The notes under the pieces were generated by a model. The model saw only the letters and a list, made by a program, of their open reading frames with translations. It ran no database searches and had not been told where the DNA came from. From contig CAZEDO010000002.1 in assembly GCA_964511085.1 (NCBI GenBank), forward strand, positions 7,945 through 69,966: DNA of 62,022 bases, written 5' to 3'. Each line of letters opens with the position of its first letter. Position 1 is the first letter of the stretch. Origin of the DNA: an uncultured Lentimicrobiaceae bacterium. GTDB lineage: Bacteria; Bacteroidota; Bacteroidia; Bacteroidales; DASVHX01. Position numbers and translations under genes: made by a program. Shown here one piece after another: positions 20,928 to 31,739 of the stretch.

Positions 20928-22400
20928 TTAATAGTAGCGGTAGCTCTTCACCTGCCCGATATGTTTTGCAAGCCTCATTACCTGACTGGTATAACCAAAT
21001 TCATTGTCGTACCAAAGGTAAAGGACAATATTCCGATGATCGTCGGATACAAGCGTGGCTGCACTATCAAAAATACAGGCACAAGAGTCGCCAATACAGT
21101 CGGTCGAAACCAGTTCACTTGAGGCAGAATACCTGATTTGTTCAATCAGAGTTCCTTTTAGCGACGCTTTTTTAAGTATTTCGTTCACTTCATCCCGGGT
21201 AACTTCCCGATTTACATTGAGCGATAAAATAGCCAGAGAAACATCAGGAGTAGGAACCCGCACAGAGTTTGCGGTGAGTTTATTTTTAAGGCTTGGCACA
21301 GCTTTAACTGCTGCCGTAGCAGCACCAGTTTCGGTAATCACCATGTTAAGCGCTGCAGCTCTACCCCTACGCGTTTTTTTATGGTAATTATCAAGTAGAT
21401 TCTGGTCATTCGTGTATGAATGAATAGTTTCAATATGCCCCCGGACGATACCAATTTCATTCTCAATAACACTAAGCACAGGAACTACTGCATTGGTAGT
21501 ACATGAAGCTGCCGAAAATACTTTCTCATTTTCCAGGTCGAGTGTATCCTGGTTCACACCATATACCACATTAGGAATATCACCTTTCCCTGGTGCTGTT
21601 AAAAGAATTTTACTGATTCCCTTGGCTTTCAGGTGCCTGCTAAGGTTTTCCCTGTCGCGAAAAGCACCTGTGTTATCAATTAATAAGGCATCATGTATGC
21701 CGTAAGCTGTGTAATCAATATCTTCAGGATTTTTTGCACTAAGCATATTAATCACATGACCATTTACATGGATTGTTTCTTCTTCAACATTCTCTATTGC
21801 GATGCCATTAAAACGTCCATGAACAGAATCTTTACGCAAAAGGGAGGCTCTCTTGCGTATGTCTTCAGCGGAGGAAGATCGCGTAACGATAGCACGTAAA
21901 CGAAGCTGAGACCCATTTCCCGAACTATTTATCAGTTGTCGTGCAGCAAGCCTTCCAATCCTTCCGAATCCGTATAATACAACATCCTGAACCTTATTAC
22001 TCCGTGGGACTGCTCCAACAATGTAATGCAATTTCGACTTCAGGAAGTCGTTTACATCCTTGTAAGTATCTTTTTCTTCGATCCATTCTTTATTAAGTCT
22101 GCCGATATCTATTCGTGATGGGGCAAGATCGGTATGCAGCATTGCTTCTGCAAGCATCAGTGAATCCTGTATCGTCAAAGGTTTTTTAATAATAGTCTCA
22201 GCATAGGAATGCTTACTCAGGATAGAACTTGCACTACGCTCAAGCAATTGCCTTCTGAACAGGATTAATTCAACTGATTTATCGAACCAAAGTTTGGCTA
22301 TTACATTGATAAACTCAGTAGCGGCTTTTTCATCAGTAATCCAGTTTTTGAGTGTTTTCTCAAAATGGTGGTTTGAATTCGAATTATTCTGGTTTTCCAT
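20928..22400 (-). CDS. gap: Glyceraldehyde-3-phosphate dehydrogenase, long form with N-terminal extension
   Basis: YGFGRIGR, AASCTTN, RVPTPDVS, WYDNEFGY; ~135-aa N-terminal extension. Confidence 0.93.
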   Translation of the reverse strand: MENQNNSNSNHHFEKTLKNWITDEKAATEFINVIAKLWFDKSVELILFRRQLLERSASSILSKHSYAETIIKKPLTIQDSLMLAEAMLHTDLAPSRIDIGRLNKEWIEEKDTYKDVNDFLKSKLHYIVGAVPRSNKVQDVVLYGFGRIGRLAARQLINSSGNGSQLRLRAIVTRSSSAEDIRKRASLLRKDSVHGRFNGIAIENVEEETIHVNGHVINMLSAKNPEDIDYTAYGIHDALLIDNTGAFRDRENLSRHLKAKGISKILLTAPGKGDIPNVVYGVNQDTLDLENEKVFSAASCTTNAVVPVLSVIENEIGIVRGHIETIHSYTNDQNLLDNYHKKTRRGRAAALNMVITETGAATAAVKAVPSLKNKLTANSVRVPTPDVSLAILSLNVNREVTRDEVNEILKKASLKGTLIEQIRYSASSELVSTDCIGDSCACIFDSAATLVSDDHRNIVLYLWYDNEFGYTSQVMRLAKHIGQVKSYRYY

Positions 22401-22471
22401 ATTCTAAATATTTTCTGTAAATTGTAAGAATCTGCTGTCAATAAGTACAATCACTTCTGAAATTCAAAGAT

Positions 22472-22513
22472 AAAAAAAAGGGACTATTTTGGTGATACAA
22501 AATTAATCCCTTT
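22472..22513 (-). terminator. Terminator downstream of rpoD
   Basis: aaagggactattttg...caaaattaatcccttt stem with an A-run (T-run on the minus strand). Confidence 0.6.
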
Positions 22514-22532
22514 CAGTATTTATTATTTTCTG

Positions 22533-23399
22533 CTATTGGCAGAGGTATGCTTTGAGTAGTTTACTACGCGAATTATGCTTTAGCCGGCGGATTGCTTTTT
22601 CTTTTATCTGCCTGACACGTTCACGAGTGAGATCAAATCTGGCTCCTATCTCTTCCAATGTTAACCCATGGTTCATTCCGAGTCCGTAATAGAGGTTAAC
22701 AACATCGCGTTCCTTTTCAGATAATGTAGAAAGAGAGCGTTGAATTTCCTGGGCCAGGGATTCGCGCATCAGACCAGCATCAGTAACAGGTGAATCTTCA
22801 TCTATGAATAGATCGATGAATTTTGTATCCTCGTCATCCGTTAACGGGGCGTCCATTGATACATATTTTGTTGAAATCTTTAATGCCGCATCAATTTTAT
22901 ACCCTGGGATCTCAAGAGCTTCAGCAATTTCTTCAGCCGAAGGCGGTCTTTCATACTTTTGCTCTAATCTGGAAGATTCTTTCTTAATCTTGTTCAACGA
23001 CCCTACCTGGTTTAGCGGAAGCCTTACAATACGCGATTGTTCGGCAAGAGCCTGAAGAATTGACTGCCGGATCCACCAAACAGCATAGGAAATAAACTTG
23101 AATCCTCTTGTTTCATCGAATCGCTGACCTGCCTTTATTAATCCCAGGTTACCTTCATTAATAAGATCTGGAAGGCTTAATCCTTGGTTTTGATATTGCT
23201 TGGCAACCGACACAACAAATCTCAGGTTAGCTTTGGTGAGTTTCTCCAAAGCTAACTGATCGCCCATTTTTATTCGTTGAGCAAGCAATACTTCTTCGTC
23301 GGCCGAGATCAATTCCTCTTTGCCGATGTCCTGAAGATACTTGTCCAGCGAAGCGGTTTCACGATTAGTGATTGACTTAGATATTTTGAGTTGTCTCAT
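22533..23399 (-). CDS. rpoD: Primary RNA polymerase sigma factor, Bacteroidetes-type (short RpoD/SigA)
   Basis: [53 protein letters not shown]. Confidence 0.93.
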   Translation of the reverse strand: MRQLKISKSITNRETASLDKYLQDIGKEELISADEEVLLAQRIKMGDQLALEKLTKANLRFVVSVAKQYQNQGLSLPDLINEGNLGLIKAGQRFDETRGFKFISYAVWWIRQSILQALAEQSRIVRLPLNQVGSLNKIKKESSRLEQKYERPPSAEEIAEALEIPGYKIDAALKISTKYVSMDAPLTDDEDTKFIDLFIDEDSPVTDAGLMRESLAQEIQRSLSTLSEKERDVVNLYYGLGMNHGLTLEEIGARFDLTRERVRQIKEKAIRRLKHNSRSKLLKAYLCQ

Positions 23400-23465
23400 T
23401 ATTTTTCAGTGTTAGTCTTAATTACCTGTATATCATTCGCATACAAGCATACTACGGGAATATTG

Positions 23466-23473
23466 CAAAGGTA
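23466..23473 (-). promoter_or_regulatory. -7 promoter element for rpoD
   Basis: Reverse complement reads TACCTTTG. Confidence 0.55.
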
Positions 23474-23544
23474 GTGAAAAAATGATGATTATGCTATATT
23501 TATTTTGACTAATTTTCAATAATGCCTAAAATCAGGCTAATCCG

Positions 23545-25002
23545 TTATAAACCAAAACCATAATAGGCTCTTGTACGGTTAGGATAAACACCTTCAATCA
23601 ACACACCTCCTGATTTATTTTGAAGTGCTTTTTTGATATCTGTTGATGCAAAAACAGGTTTCTTATCAATCTCGGTTATCACAAAACCCTGGCGAATACC
23701 AGCTTCCAGAAGTATGCCATTACTCAAAGATGCAACCTGCACGCCATGGTCAATTCCAAGTTTCTGCATTAAATCGGCAGGTGCTGTCGAAAATGTTGCA
23801 CCAAGCAAGTCATCAACACCCTGTACCTCCTTTTTAACAACCTGGGTTGTGCCTTCTTTGTTAAGTAGCTTTACATTATAAACCATTTCCTTTCCATCAC
23901 GCGAAACAGACAGATTTACTTTGTCGCCAGGACTATGTTGTCCGATAATCTCAAGAAGCTCAGAACTACTGTTAACTGGCATTCCGTCGATAGAAACAAT
24001 AATATCTCCCGAACGAATTCCTGCTTCTTTTGCCGAACCATTATCACTTACCTCTGCAACATAAACGCCACGCAGTTCATTCAATCCTTCATCTTTAGCC
24101 AGTTTCGAATCTACTTCGCGAATAGAAACGCCAATGAAAGCCCTTTGCACTTCTCCAAACTCCATCATATCAGCAACAACTTTCTTTACGATATTAACCG
24201 GTATTGCAAATGAATATCCGGCATAAAAACCATTCCCGGAAGCTATTGCGGCATTTATTCCAATTAGTTCACCACGCGTGTTAACCAATGCTCCTCCACT
24301 GTTGCCTCGGTTTACTGCAGCATCCGTCTGAATAAACGATTCAATTGCTGATCCGTCAGGAGTCCCCAGAATATTGATATTACGCGCTTTTGCGCTTACT
24401 ATCCCTGCTGTTACAGTGGATGTGAGATTAAATGGATTACCAACAGCCAGCACCCATTCTCCAATTTTAACATCATCGGAATTCCCATAAGCTATAAAAG
24501 GAAGAGCCGATTCATCAATTTTAATCAATGCCAGATCAGTTGAAGGGTCTGTGCCAATAACTGTTGCTGAATAAGTCCTTTTATCATTCAATGTCACGCT
24601 AATGTTGGTAGCATCTTGCACCACGTGGTTATTGGTAACAATATATCCGTCCTGTGAAATAATAACTCCTGAACCGGATGCCATGATCGGTTCTTGCTGA
24701 TTATTAGGGGTTTGTCCTCCGAAGAAATCCCTTAAATCAAAAAAGTTATCATACATGCTATTCTTACGTGCATATTCCGTTTTAATATGCACTACAGCAT
24801 GTATTGTCATATTGGCAGCAACAGTGAAATCGGGTAATAGCTGGCCGTCCGAAACACTGGAATAGCTGGCCAATTGGGCAGGAATCTGCGCTGCAGGGAC
24901 TCCTGCCACATTAACTGTTCGTTTAGTAATAAGGCAATACGCACTTACAGAGATAAGTCCGCCAAGAAAGGCTACTATCAGCAAACTTCCAAATCTTTTC
25001 AT
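23545..25002 (-). CDS. Do/HtrA (DegP/DegQ) serine protease with PDZ domains
   Basis: GSGVII, TNNHVV, DLALIKI, QTDAAVNRGNSGG; PDZ domains; ATG at 25002. Confidence 0.95.
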   Translation of the reverse strand: MKRFGSLLIVAFLGGLISVSAYCLITKRTVNVAGVPAAQIPAQLASYSSVSDGQLLPDFTVAANMTIHAVVHIKTEYARKNSMYDNFFDLRDFFGGQTPNNQQEPIMASGSGVIISQDGYIVTNNHVVQDATNISVTLNDKRTYSATVIGTDPSTDLALIKIDESALPFIAYGNSDDVKIGEWVLAVGNPFNLTSTVTAGIVSAKARNINILGTPDGSAIESFIQTDAAVNRGNSGGALVNTRGELIGINAAIASGNGFYAGYSFAIPVNIVKKVVADMMEFGEVQRAFIGVSIREVDSKLAKDEGLNELRGVYVAEVSDNGSAKEAGIRSGDIIVSIDGMPVNSSSELLEIIGQHSPGDKVNLSVSRDGKEMVYNVKLLNKEGTTQVVKKEVQGVDDLLGATFSTAPADLMQKLGIDHGVQVASLSNGILLEAGIRQGFVITEIDKKPVFASTDIKKALQNKSGGVLIEGVYPNRTRAYYGFGL

Positions 25003-25314
25003 CGCTTTACTTAATTTTAAATTAAACAATTTAATTACTAATTTGTTTGACGTTTAATTGAACAAAAGGTCATTTACAAGAAAATAAATAATCCAAATTA
25101 TTTATCAGTGAAGCGAACGCAATCATAATACCAATATTGCCACTATTGCTGTTAAAGAATGTTAATTAATATCCGCTTACTGTTTGTAGCGATTCACGCT
25201 ATTTGTTACCTTTGTCAATAAGTCCTGACAAATACAAGAAATAATGAAGCTGCATGCTTAAAAACGGTTAGTCAGCATTAAATATTTATAATTTTACTGT
25301 CTGAATTGAAAATC

Positions 25315-26097
25315 ATGCAATTAGCATTCTATAAATATCAGGGAACCGGAAACGATTTTATCCTTATCGATAACCAGGCAGGACTCTTTACTTATAACAA
25401 AGAATTGGTCGCACGCCTATGCGATCGCAATTTCGGAATTGGTGCCGATGGATTAATATTAATCGAAAATGCTGAAGGTTTTGATTTTAGAATGGTGTAT
25501 TACAACTCCGATGGCAGTCCGGCAACCATGTGTGGTAATGGTGGAAGGTGTATCACAGCTTTTGCAAACCGGCTTGGCGTGATTGATAAAAATGCTGTGT
25601 TTATTTCTGCTGATGGGACTCATTCTGCTGCTATTAAAACGGTTGAAGGACAGACAGCAGAAGTTGAACTTACTATGAAAGATGTGACATTTTTACAAAA
25701 AAACGAACATTTTGTCATACTAAATACCGGAACACCACATTATGTCAGTTTTGTGGACGATCCTGACCTGATTAACATTGTGGCAGAAGGCCGAAAAATA
25801 AGATACTCTCCCGAATTTGCTCCGGTTGGCATTAATGTTAATTTCGCAAAACTCTACGGCAACCAAATTTATGTGAGGACATATGAAAAAGGTGTTGAAG
25901 ATGAAACCCTTTCGTGTGGGACAGGTGTAACAGCTTCAGCTATTGCTGCATCTGAATTTACTCAGGGGGGAAATTTCATTGTGACCACGCTAGGCGGAAA
26001 GCTATCAGTGGATTTTGAGAAGGACGGAAATAAATATACAAACATCAGGCTCAGCGGGCCGGCAACATTTGTTTACAGTGGCGAAATCAGTATTTGA
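25315..26097 (+). CDS. dapF: Diaminopimelate epimerase
   Basis: KYQGTGNDF, MCGNGGRC, GTPH, TYEKGVEDETLSCGTG. Confidence 0.97.
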   Translation: MQLAFYKYQGTGNDFILIDNQAGLFTYNKELVARLCDRNFGIGADGLILIENAEGFDFRMVYYNSDGSPATMCGNGGRCITAFANRLGVIDKNAVFISADGTHSAAIKTVEGQTAEVELTMKDVTFLQKNEHFVILNTGTPHYVSFVDDPDLINIVAEGRKIRYSPEFAPVGINVNFAKLYGNQIYVRTYEKGVEDETLSCGTGVTASAIAASEFTQGGNFIVTTLGGKLSVDFEKDGNKYTNIRLSGPATFVYSGEISI

Positions 26098-26650
26098 AGA
26101 TATTCTCATAAGTGGCAGACTCCATTTACGTGCAATAGAGCTACACGATCTGGATTGGCTTTATAAATGGGAAAATAACACAGAACTGTGGAATTTAGGA
26201 AATACCTTCGCCCCTTTTTCGCGATTTGTGCTGGAACAGTATCTGCTCACTGCCCAGAACGACATTTTTACCAACAAGCAGCTACGCCTGATGATCGATC
26301 TGAACAACCCGGATAATGAGGTTCAAACTATTGGGAGTATCGATCTATTTGATTTCGATCCCTTTCACCGGCGTGCAGGTATCGGCATTCTGATAATAAC
26401 ACCAGAAAGAAACAAAGGCTATGCTTACGAAGCACTTGATCTGATGAAAAACTATGCGTTTTCATTGCTTGAACTTCACCAGCTATATTGCAATATTAGC
26501 TCTGAAAACCAGAGCAGTATTGAATTATTTATGAAACATGACTTTGTTGAATGTGGAAGAAAAAAGGATTGGATCTGGGGCAATGGTAGTTGGCACGACG
26601 AATTGATATTTCAATGTATCCGGCCTTCTGATTCCGGAATTAAACATTAA
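26078..26650 (+). CDS. GNAT (RimJ/RimL-type) N-acetyltransferase
   Basis: LRAIE..D...LYKWEN, GSIDLFDFDP.HRRAGIGI, KGYA.EAL. Probable GTG start overlaps the dapF end. Confidence 0.88.
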   Translation: MAKSVFEDILISGRLHLRAIELHDLDWLYKWENNTELWNLGNTFAPFSRFVLEQYLLTAQNDIFTNKQLRLMIDLNNPDNEVQTIGSIDLFDFDPFHRRAGIGILIITPERNKGYAYEALDLMKNYAFSLLELHQLYCNISSENQSSIELFMKHDFVECGRKKDWIWGNGSWHDELIFQCIRPSDSGIKH

Positions 26651-26662
26651 AAAAGAAATGCG

Positions 26663-27745
26663 ATGATTGACTATTATGCAGCCATCAGGAGCAGGAATCA
26701 AAAACGTTCGCGGCTAAGCCGCATTTTCCGCAATTTTTTGTTCATCCTCTTGCTTTTAGCAATTTACATTGGTTATCAGGCTTACAAATCGTTTTATTCC
26801 TCTAACATTTGGCTTAACGGGAAAAAAATGGCTTTCATCTATATCCCGACAAAAGCCAGCTATGATGATGTAAAGGCTATTTTATACCTAAATGGACTTA
26901 TTGTAAACCGGAATTCTTTTGAATGGATGGCACGGATTAAACAATACGCAAGCCATATCAAACCAGGCCGTTATAAAATTTCAGAAGGAATGAATAATTC
27001 CGCCCTCATCAATAAACTGCGTTCAGGAAACCAGGATGCAGTAAATCTCGTTTTCAATAATATCAGGAATAAAGAACAACTGGCGGGTAGGATCAGCAAG
27101 GAAATTGAGGCCGATTCCGCTTCCATCATCAATCTGCTAAATGATTCGCTGTTTGTCGCTAATTTTGGGATGACTCCCCGAAATGTAATTACACTATTCA
27201 TCCCAAATACTTATCAGGTATATTGGAATATTACTGCGAACGATTTTGTTGAAAGAATGGCTAAAGAATACAAGAAATTCTGGAATGAAAGCAGAAAAGG
27301 CAAACTTGGTGAAATCAGGCTTTCCCGCACCGAAGTAATGACTTTGGCTTCTATTGTAGAAAAAGAAACAAACCGTAACGATGAAAAACCCGATGTGGCA
27401 GGAGTTTACATTAACCGGCTCCATAATGGATGGCTTCTTCAGGCCGATCCTACGTTGGTATTTGCGTTAGGCGATTTCTCCATAAAACGGGTTCTAAACG
27501 AATATAAGCGCATCAATTCGCCCTACAATACTTATATGTATATTGGGCTGCCACCTGGCCCCATCTGCCTTCCGTCAATTTCATCAATTGATGCTGTATT
27601 AAACTACCGCAAACATAATTACATGTACTTCTGTGCCCGCGAAGACTTTTCGGGATATCACAATTTTGCAGTGAATGCGGAACAACACCAGCTAAATGCC
27701 AACCGTTACCAGCAAGCCCTGAACAAGCGAAATATCATGAAATAA
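26663..27745 (+). CDS. mltG: Endolytic transglycosylase MltG
   Basis: N-terminal TM; LASIVEKET, LQADPT, SPYNTY..GLPPGPI. Confidence 0.95.
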   Translation: MIDYYAAIRSRNQKRSRLSRIFRNFLFILLLLAIYIGYQAYKSFYSSNIWLNGKKMAFIYIPTKASYDDVKAILYLNGLIVNRNSFEWMARIKQYASHIKPGRYKISEGMNNSALINKLRSGNQDAVNLVFNNIRNKEQLAGRISKEIEADSASIINLLNDSLFVANFGMTPRNVITLFIPNTYQVYWNITANDFVERMAKEYKKFWNESRKGKLGEIRLSRTEVMTLASIVEKETNRNDEKPDVAGVYINRLHNGWLLQADPTLVFALGDFSIKRVLNEYKRINSPYNTYMYIGLPPGPICLPSISSIDAVLNYRKHNYMYFCAREDFSGYHNFAVNAEQHQLNANRYQQALNKRNIMK

Positions 27746-27870
27746 TTTTTTATCCTGTTCTTTTAGCTGATATCTTTGCCAATCGTTTAAATCATTTTTC
27801 TTAGAACTAATGCAGTTTCGGCTGTTCTTTTATTTAAATATATAATTATCAACTTACTAAAATTTCTAGC

Positions 27871-29217
27871 ATGTCTGCATTTAAAGCCTACGATATCAGA
27901 GGGATTTATCTCAAGGATTTTAACCAGGATGATGTTTACAAGATTGGATTTTTCCTTCCACGACTTCTCAATGCTACTAAAATACTTGTAGGCAGGGATG
28001 TACGTTTATCCTCGGACGAAATATTTTCATACCTGGCAAAGGGAATAACCGATGCAGGTGCTGATGTACTTGATGCAGGGCTAGCAACAACTCCTTTAAT
28101 TTATTGGGGAACAGCTTTTTACAAACTTGATGCATCGGTGCAGATTACAGCATCTCATAATCCGGCAGAATACAATGGGTTCAAGGTTTCTATGCACGAC
28201 GCACTTCCTGTGGGTTACGACAATGGACTTTGCCAGATCGAAACATGGATTAAGACAGAACCAGTCGTTATTTCTGAAGTAAAAGGCAAAATCCTTCCTT
28301 TCGATGTTAAAACTGAATATCTCAGCTTCCTGAGCAAATATATTCCTGATCTTACAGGAATGAAGATAGCCGTAGATTGCTCCAATGGCATGGCTGCATT
28401 GTTTGTAAAAGATTTACTCGGAAAAGATCCTGTTTATATCTATGATGATCTGGATGGAAGTTTTCCGAACCATGAGCCTAACCCGCTGGAACAGGGAAAC
28501 CTTCATGGTTTAATATCAACAGTACTTTCCTGGAAATGCGACATCGGAGTTATCTACGATGGCGATGCCGACCGCGTAATGTTTGTTGATGAAAATGGCA
28601 AGTTTATTTCGCCAGATCTCATGATTGGTGTTCTGGCCCACTATTATGCCGGGAAAGAAAAAGGCAATGTCCTTCAGGATATCCGTACTTCAAAAGCAGT
28701 TGGCACCTACGTTGCAAAACTGGGATATAAAATGCATACCTGGCGAGTTGGCAGGGCTTATGCAGCAATAAAGCTAAGGGAGATCAACGGCATATTCGGG
28801 GGCGAACTTGCCGGACATTATTATTTCAGGGATTTTTACTATTCCGACTCCGGTCTCCTGGCAAGTATGCTTCTGCTAAAGGTATTATGCGATTTTAAGC
28901 GCAAAGGCAAAACAGTTTCAGAAGTAATAAAAGGAATATCAGCTTATGCAAATTCCGGGGAAATCAACTTTAGAATTCAGGATAAAATAGGAGCCATGGA
29001 TGCCCTGAAATCTTTTTTCTGTTTAGAAGAAAAACCAATGGCAGATTACGACTTCGACGGCTACAGACTGGAATTTGCTGAATGGTGGTTCAACGTCCGC
29101 CCTTCCAATACAGAGCCATACCTTCGTTTCCTGGCCGAAGCGCTTACAGATGATCTGCTTCAACAAAAATTAAAAGAAGTTCGCCGCATTGTTGAGCCTT
29201 TCCTGGATAAAGTTTAA
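27871..29217 (+). CDS. Phosphomannomutase/phosphoglucomutase
   Basis: FKAYDIRG, TASHNP, DGDADR, GELAGH, RPSNTEP. Confidence 0.95.
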   Translation: MSAFKAYDIRGIYLKDFNQDDVYKIGFFLPRLLNATKILVGRDVRLSSDEIFSYLAKGITDAGADVLDAGLATTPLIYWGTAFYKLDASVQITASHNPAEYNGFKVSMHDALPVGYDNGLCQIETWIKTEPVVISEVKGKILPFDVKTEYLSFLSKYIPDLTGMKIAVDCSNGMAALFVKDLLGKDPVYIYDDLDGSFPNHEPNPLEQGNLHGLISTVLSWKCDIGVIYDGDADRVMFVDENGKFISPDLMIGVLAHYYAGKEKGNVLQDIRTSKAVGTYVAKLGYKMHTWRVGRAYAAIKLREINGIFGGELAGHYYFRDFYYSDSGLLASMLLLKVLCDFKRKGKTVSEVIKGISAYANSGEINFRIQDKIGAMDALKSFFCLEEKPMADYDFDGYRLEFAEWWFNVRPSNTEPYLRFLAEALTDDLLQQKLKEVRRIVEPFLDKV

Positions 29218-29283
29218 ATGCCGCTTTCTATTCTTAGCTTCATGTCATTCCCTATGAGTTAAAACCATGTTTAATATATTTTA

Positions 29284-29321
29284 GATATACTCCATTGATA
29301 TACCAAAATGATATACCTTTG
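29284..29321 (+). promoter_or_regulatory. TA promoter with three GATATAC direct repeats overlapping the -7 box
   Basis: GATATAC at 29284, 29297 and 29310 (13-bp period); TACCTTTG at 29314-29321. Confidence 0.65.
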
Positions 29322-29341
29322 TAGCATAAGAAAAAGAAAAT

Positions 29342-29572
29342 ATGAAAACAGTATCATTAAAAATAGACGACTCAATCTTTGGAGAAACAGAAAAGATACT
29401 TTCCCGCATTAAGAAACCCAGAAACAGATACATTAACGAGGCTATTCAATACTACAACCTTCTTCAGCGACGTATTATTCTGGAAAAAAAACTTAAGAAT
29501 GAGTCTGATTTAGTTAAAGGTGATTCTCTGGATGTACTAAAAGATTTCGAAAGGATTGATTATGCTGATTAA
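29342..29572 (+). CDS. Putative RHH-type antitoxin
   Basis: MKTVSLKIDD..RNRYINEAI; overlaps the toxin start. Confidence 0.8.
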   Translation: MKTVSLKIDDSIFGETEKILSRIKKPRNRYINEAIQYYNLLQRRIILEKKLKNESDLVKGDSLDVLKDFERIDYAD

Positions 29573-29909
29573 TCAATTCGAGATTTGGATTGCAGATTTG
29601 AATCCACAAATAGGGACAGAACCTGGTAAAACAAAGCCAGTTCTTGTGATTCAGACAAATTTATTAAATAAGATTCCTCATCCTTCAACAATAGTTTGTC
29701 CGATCACCACAAATATCGAGAAAGGTTCGGATATTCTGAGGGTGCATCTTAAAAAAGGAATGGCAAATCTATTTCAGAATTGCGATATAATGATTGATCA
29801 ACTCAGGGCTATTGATAATACCCGGTTGATAAAAAAAACAGGAGAATTGCCAAAGGATTTAATTGATAAAGTCAAAGAAAACATCCTGATAACATTGGAT
29901 TTGGAATAA
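29562..29909 (+). CDS. PemK/MazF family toxin
   Basis: IWIADLNPQIGTEPGKTKPVLVIQ, VCPITT, MIDQLRAID. Confidence 0.93.
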   Translation: MLINQFEIWIADLNPQIGTEPGKTKPVLVIQTNLLNKIPHPSTIVCPITTNIEKGSDILRVHLKKGMANLFQNCDIMIDQLRAIDNTRLIKKTGELPKDLIDKVKENILITLDLE

Positions 29910-30098
29910 TACTGGACAAGCCAAACAAACACAAAAAACAGTTTCCACATTGTAAGTAAATCAAATCTTACTGCCAATAAATAGTTGCATTGCAAACAAT
30001 TGACAACAAAATAAAAAAATAAGACAGGCGCAGATCATCAAAATACCCGACCACAGAAGCACCTATTATTTTCTTTGGATTCTTTTAAATCCTTAACC

Positions 30099-31424
30099 AT
30101 GCCTCTAAGCAGCCTGAAATTAAACCTGACAGATTGCGAGAAGCGTGTATATCGGATTCATACAGCATATTCTATTCTGGAAGGTGTGATTGCCGGTGTT
30201 TTGGCACTTAATGAATTTGTATTTATCAAGAGCTTGCATGGTTCAAGTTACCAGCTGAGTGTTCTGTTTCAGTTTTCGGTACTGGTATTCCTGGTTCTTC
30301 TGGTCTTTAACGAAATGCTGAAGCGCGTAAAGAGCAAAGTGAAATTACTTCGGATTACTGGTGCGCTTACAAGGCTTCCGCTTTTTGTTCTGGTATTTTT
30401 TCCAGGTACACATGCTGCCATGTCAGGCAATTCGGTGTTTCATTATATTTTTCTGGCGGTATTTCTGGTATATTATTTGGGTAACCCAGCAATTTTTCCT
30501 GTTATTAACCTCTTACTGAAACACAATTACAGGCATGAGGTGTTTGGCAAACTTTACAGTTTTGCCACATTTTGGAATAAAGTAGTGATGTTGCTTACCA
30601 CTTTTGTTTATGGATTACTCCTTGATGCTGATAATTTCGCATTTCGTTGGGTATTCCCGGTTATCGCGGTTATGGGGTTTGTTTCGCTGGTATTGCTTTC
30701 CCGCATTCATTACGAAGAAAAAGAATCTTTTGTACCGGTGAAGAAATTCTTTGCCTCCATCCTGGAATCAGGCACCAATATGTACAAAACATGGAGCGGG
30801 AATAAGGCTTTCAAACATTTTGAGGTTGGATTTTTGTTCTATGGTTTTGCCTTTATGAGCACTATAACTGTTATCACGTTGTTTTTCGAACGATCACTCC
30901 ACCTCAATTATTCGGGAGTGGCTTTTTATAAAAACGCTTACAACGTATTGGCGCTCTTATGGATACCCTTTTTCGGGCGATTGCTCGGACGTATTGATCC
31001 CCGGAAATTTGCAGCTATTACCTTTGCAACAATATTGTTATACCTTCTTTCACTTGCACTCACTTCCTGGTTTCCAGATTATGTTGAAGTACTGGGAATT
31101 AAAATATATTATTTCCTCTTGCTCTACATATTAGGGCAAAGCCTTTTTGCCGCCACAATGTCTCTGCTATGGAGCATTGGTTCAGCATACTTTTGCAAGC
31201 CTGACGAGGCAGCAGATTACCAGAGTGTGCATCTATTCCTTACCGGAACACGGGCTGTTTTTGCCCCGATTCTTGGTGTACTTTTCTACGAAATGTACGG
31301 TTTTGAATTCACATTTATGGTTGGAGCCACATTTGCTCTCATAGCTGTGCTAGTAATGATCTGGTCATACCGGCGGGACATAGGTACCACCCGTGAATTT
31401 CAGTTACTAAAAACCAATGAATAA
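30099..31424 (+). CDS. MFS transporter
   Basis: ~12 hydrophobic segments; G.L..RI motif in the C-terminal half. Confidence 0.8.
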   Translation: MPLSSLKLNLTDCEKRVYRIHTAYSILEGVIAGVLALNEFVFIKSLHGSSYQLSVLFQFSVLVFLVLLVFNEMLKRVKSKVKLLRITGALTRLPLFVLVFFPGTHAAMSGNSVFHYIFLAVFLVYYLGNPAIFPVINLLLKHNYRHEVFGKLYSFATFWNKVVMLLTTFVYGLLLDADNFAFRWVFPVIAVMGFVSLVLLSRIHYEEKESFVPVKKFFASILESGTNMYKTWSGNKAFKHFEVGFLFYGFAFMSTITVITLFFERSLHLNYSGVAFYKNAYNVLALLWIPFFGRLLGRIDPRKFAAITFATILLYLLSLALTSWFPDYVEVLGIKIYYFLLLYILGQSLFAATMSLLWSIGSAYFCKPDEAADYQSVHLFLTGTRAVFAPILGVLFYEMYGFEFTFMVGATFALIAVLVMIWSYRRDIGTTREFQLLKTNE

Positions 31425-31735
31425 GAACGTTCTATCTTCTCCTGGAAGGCTTCAATAGAAACATATTTGCCTTCGCGGATGACTTCTTTTCCTTCAAAGA
31501 AAACGATTAGCGAGGGACTTGTATATATTTCGAATTCAGCCGGCAATTCAGGATACAAAATCGCATTGATGAAAACCAGTTTCATTTGAGGAAATGATGA
31601 ATCCATCAATGATTCCACTTTTGGCCTCAGGCTCAGGCAGGGAGCACACATTGAATTATAGAAGTAAACCAGCACTCCTTTGTTAGTGCTTATCAATTCC
31701 TGTAATTGCTCTGTGTTTCTAATAGTTTGGTTCAT
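31400..31735 (-). CDS. Thioredoxin-family protein
   Basis: CAPC motif, P.LIVFFEGKE. Confidence 0.88.
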   Translation of the reverse strand: MNQTIRNTEQLQELISTNKGVLVYFYNSMCAPCLSLRPKVESLMDSSFPQMKLVFINAILYPELPAEFEIYTSPSLIVFFEGKEVIREGKYVSIEAFQEKIERSYSLVFSN

Positions 31736-31739
31736 ATTT

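Noticed and set aside
20928-22400. N-terminally extended GAPDH as a novelty
   Set aside because: The ~480-aa long-form GAPDH is a known, widespread subtype
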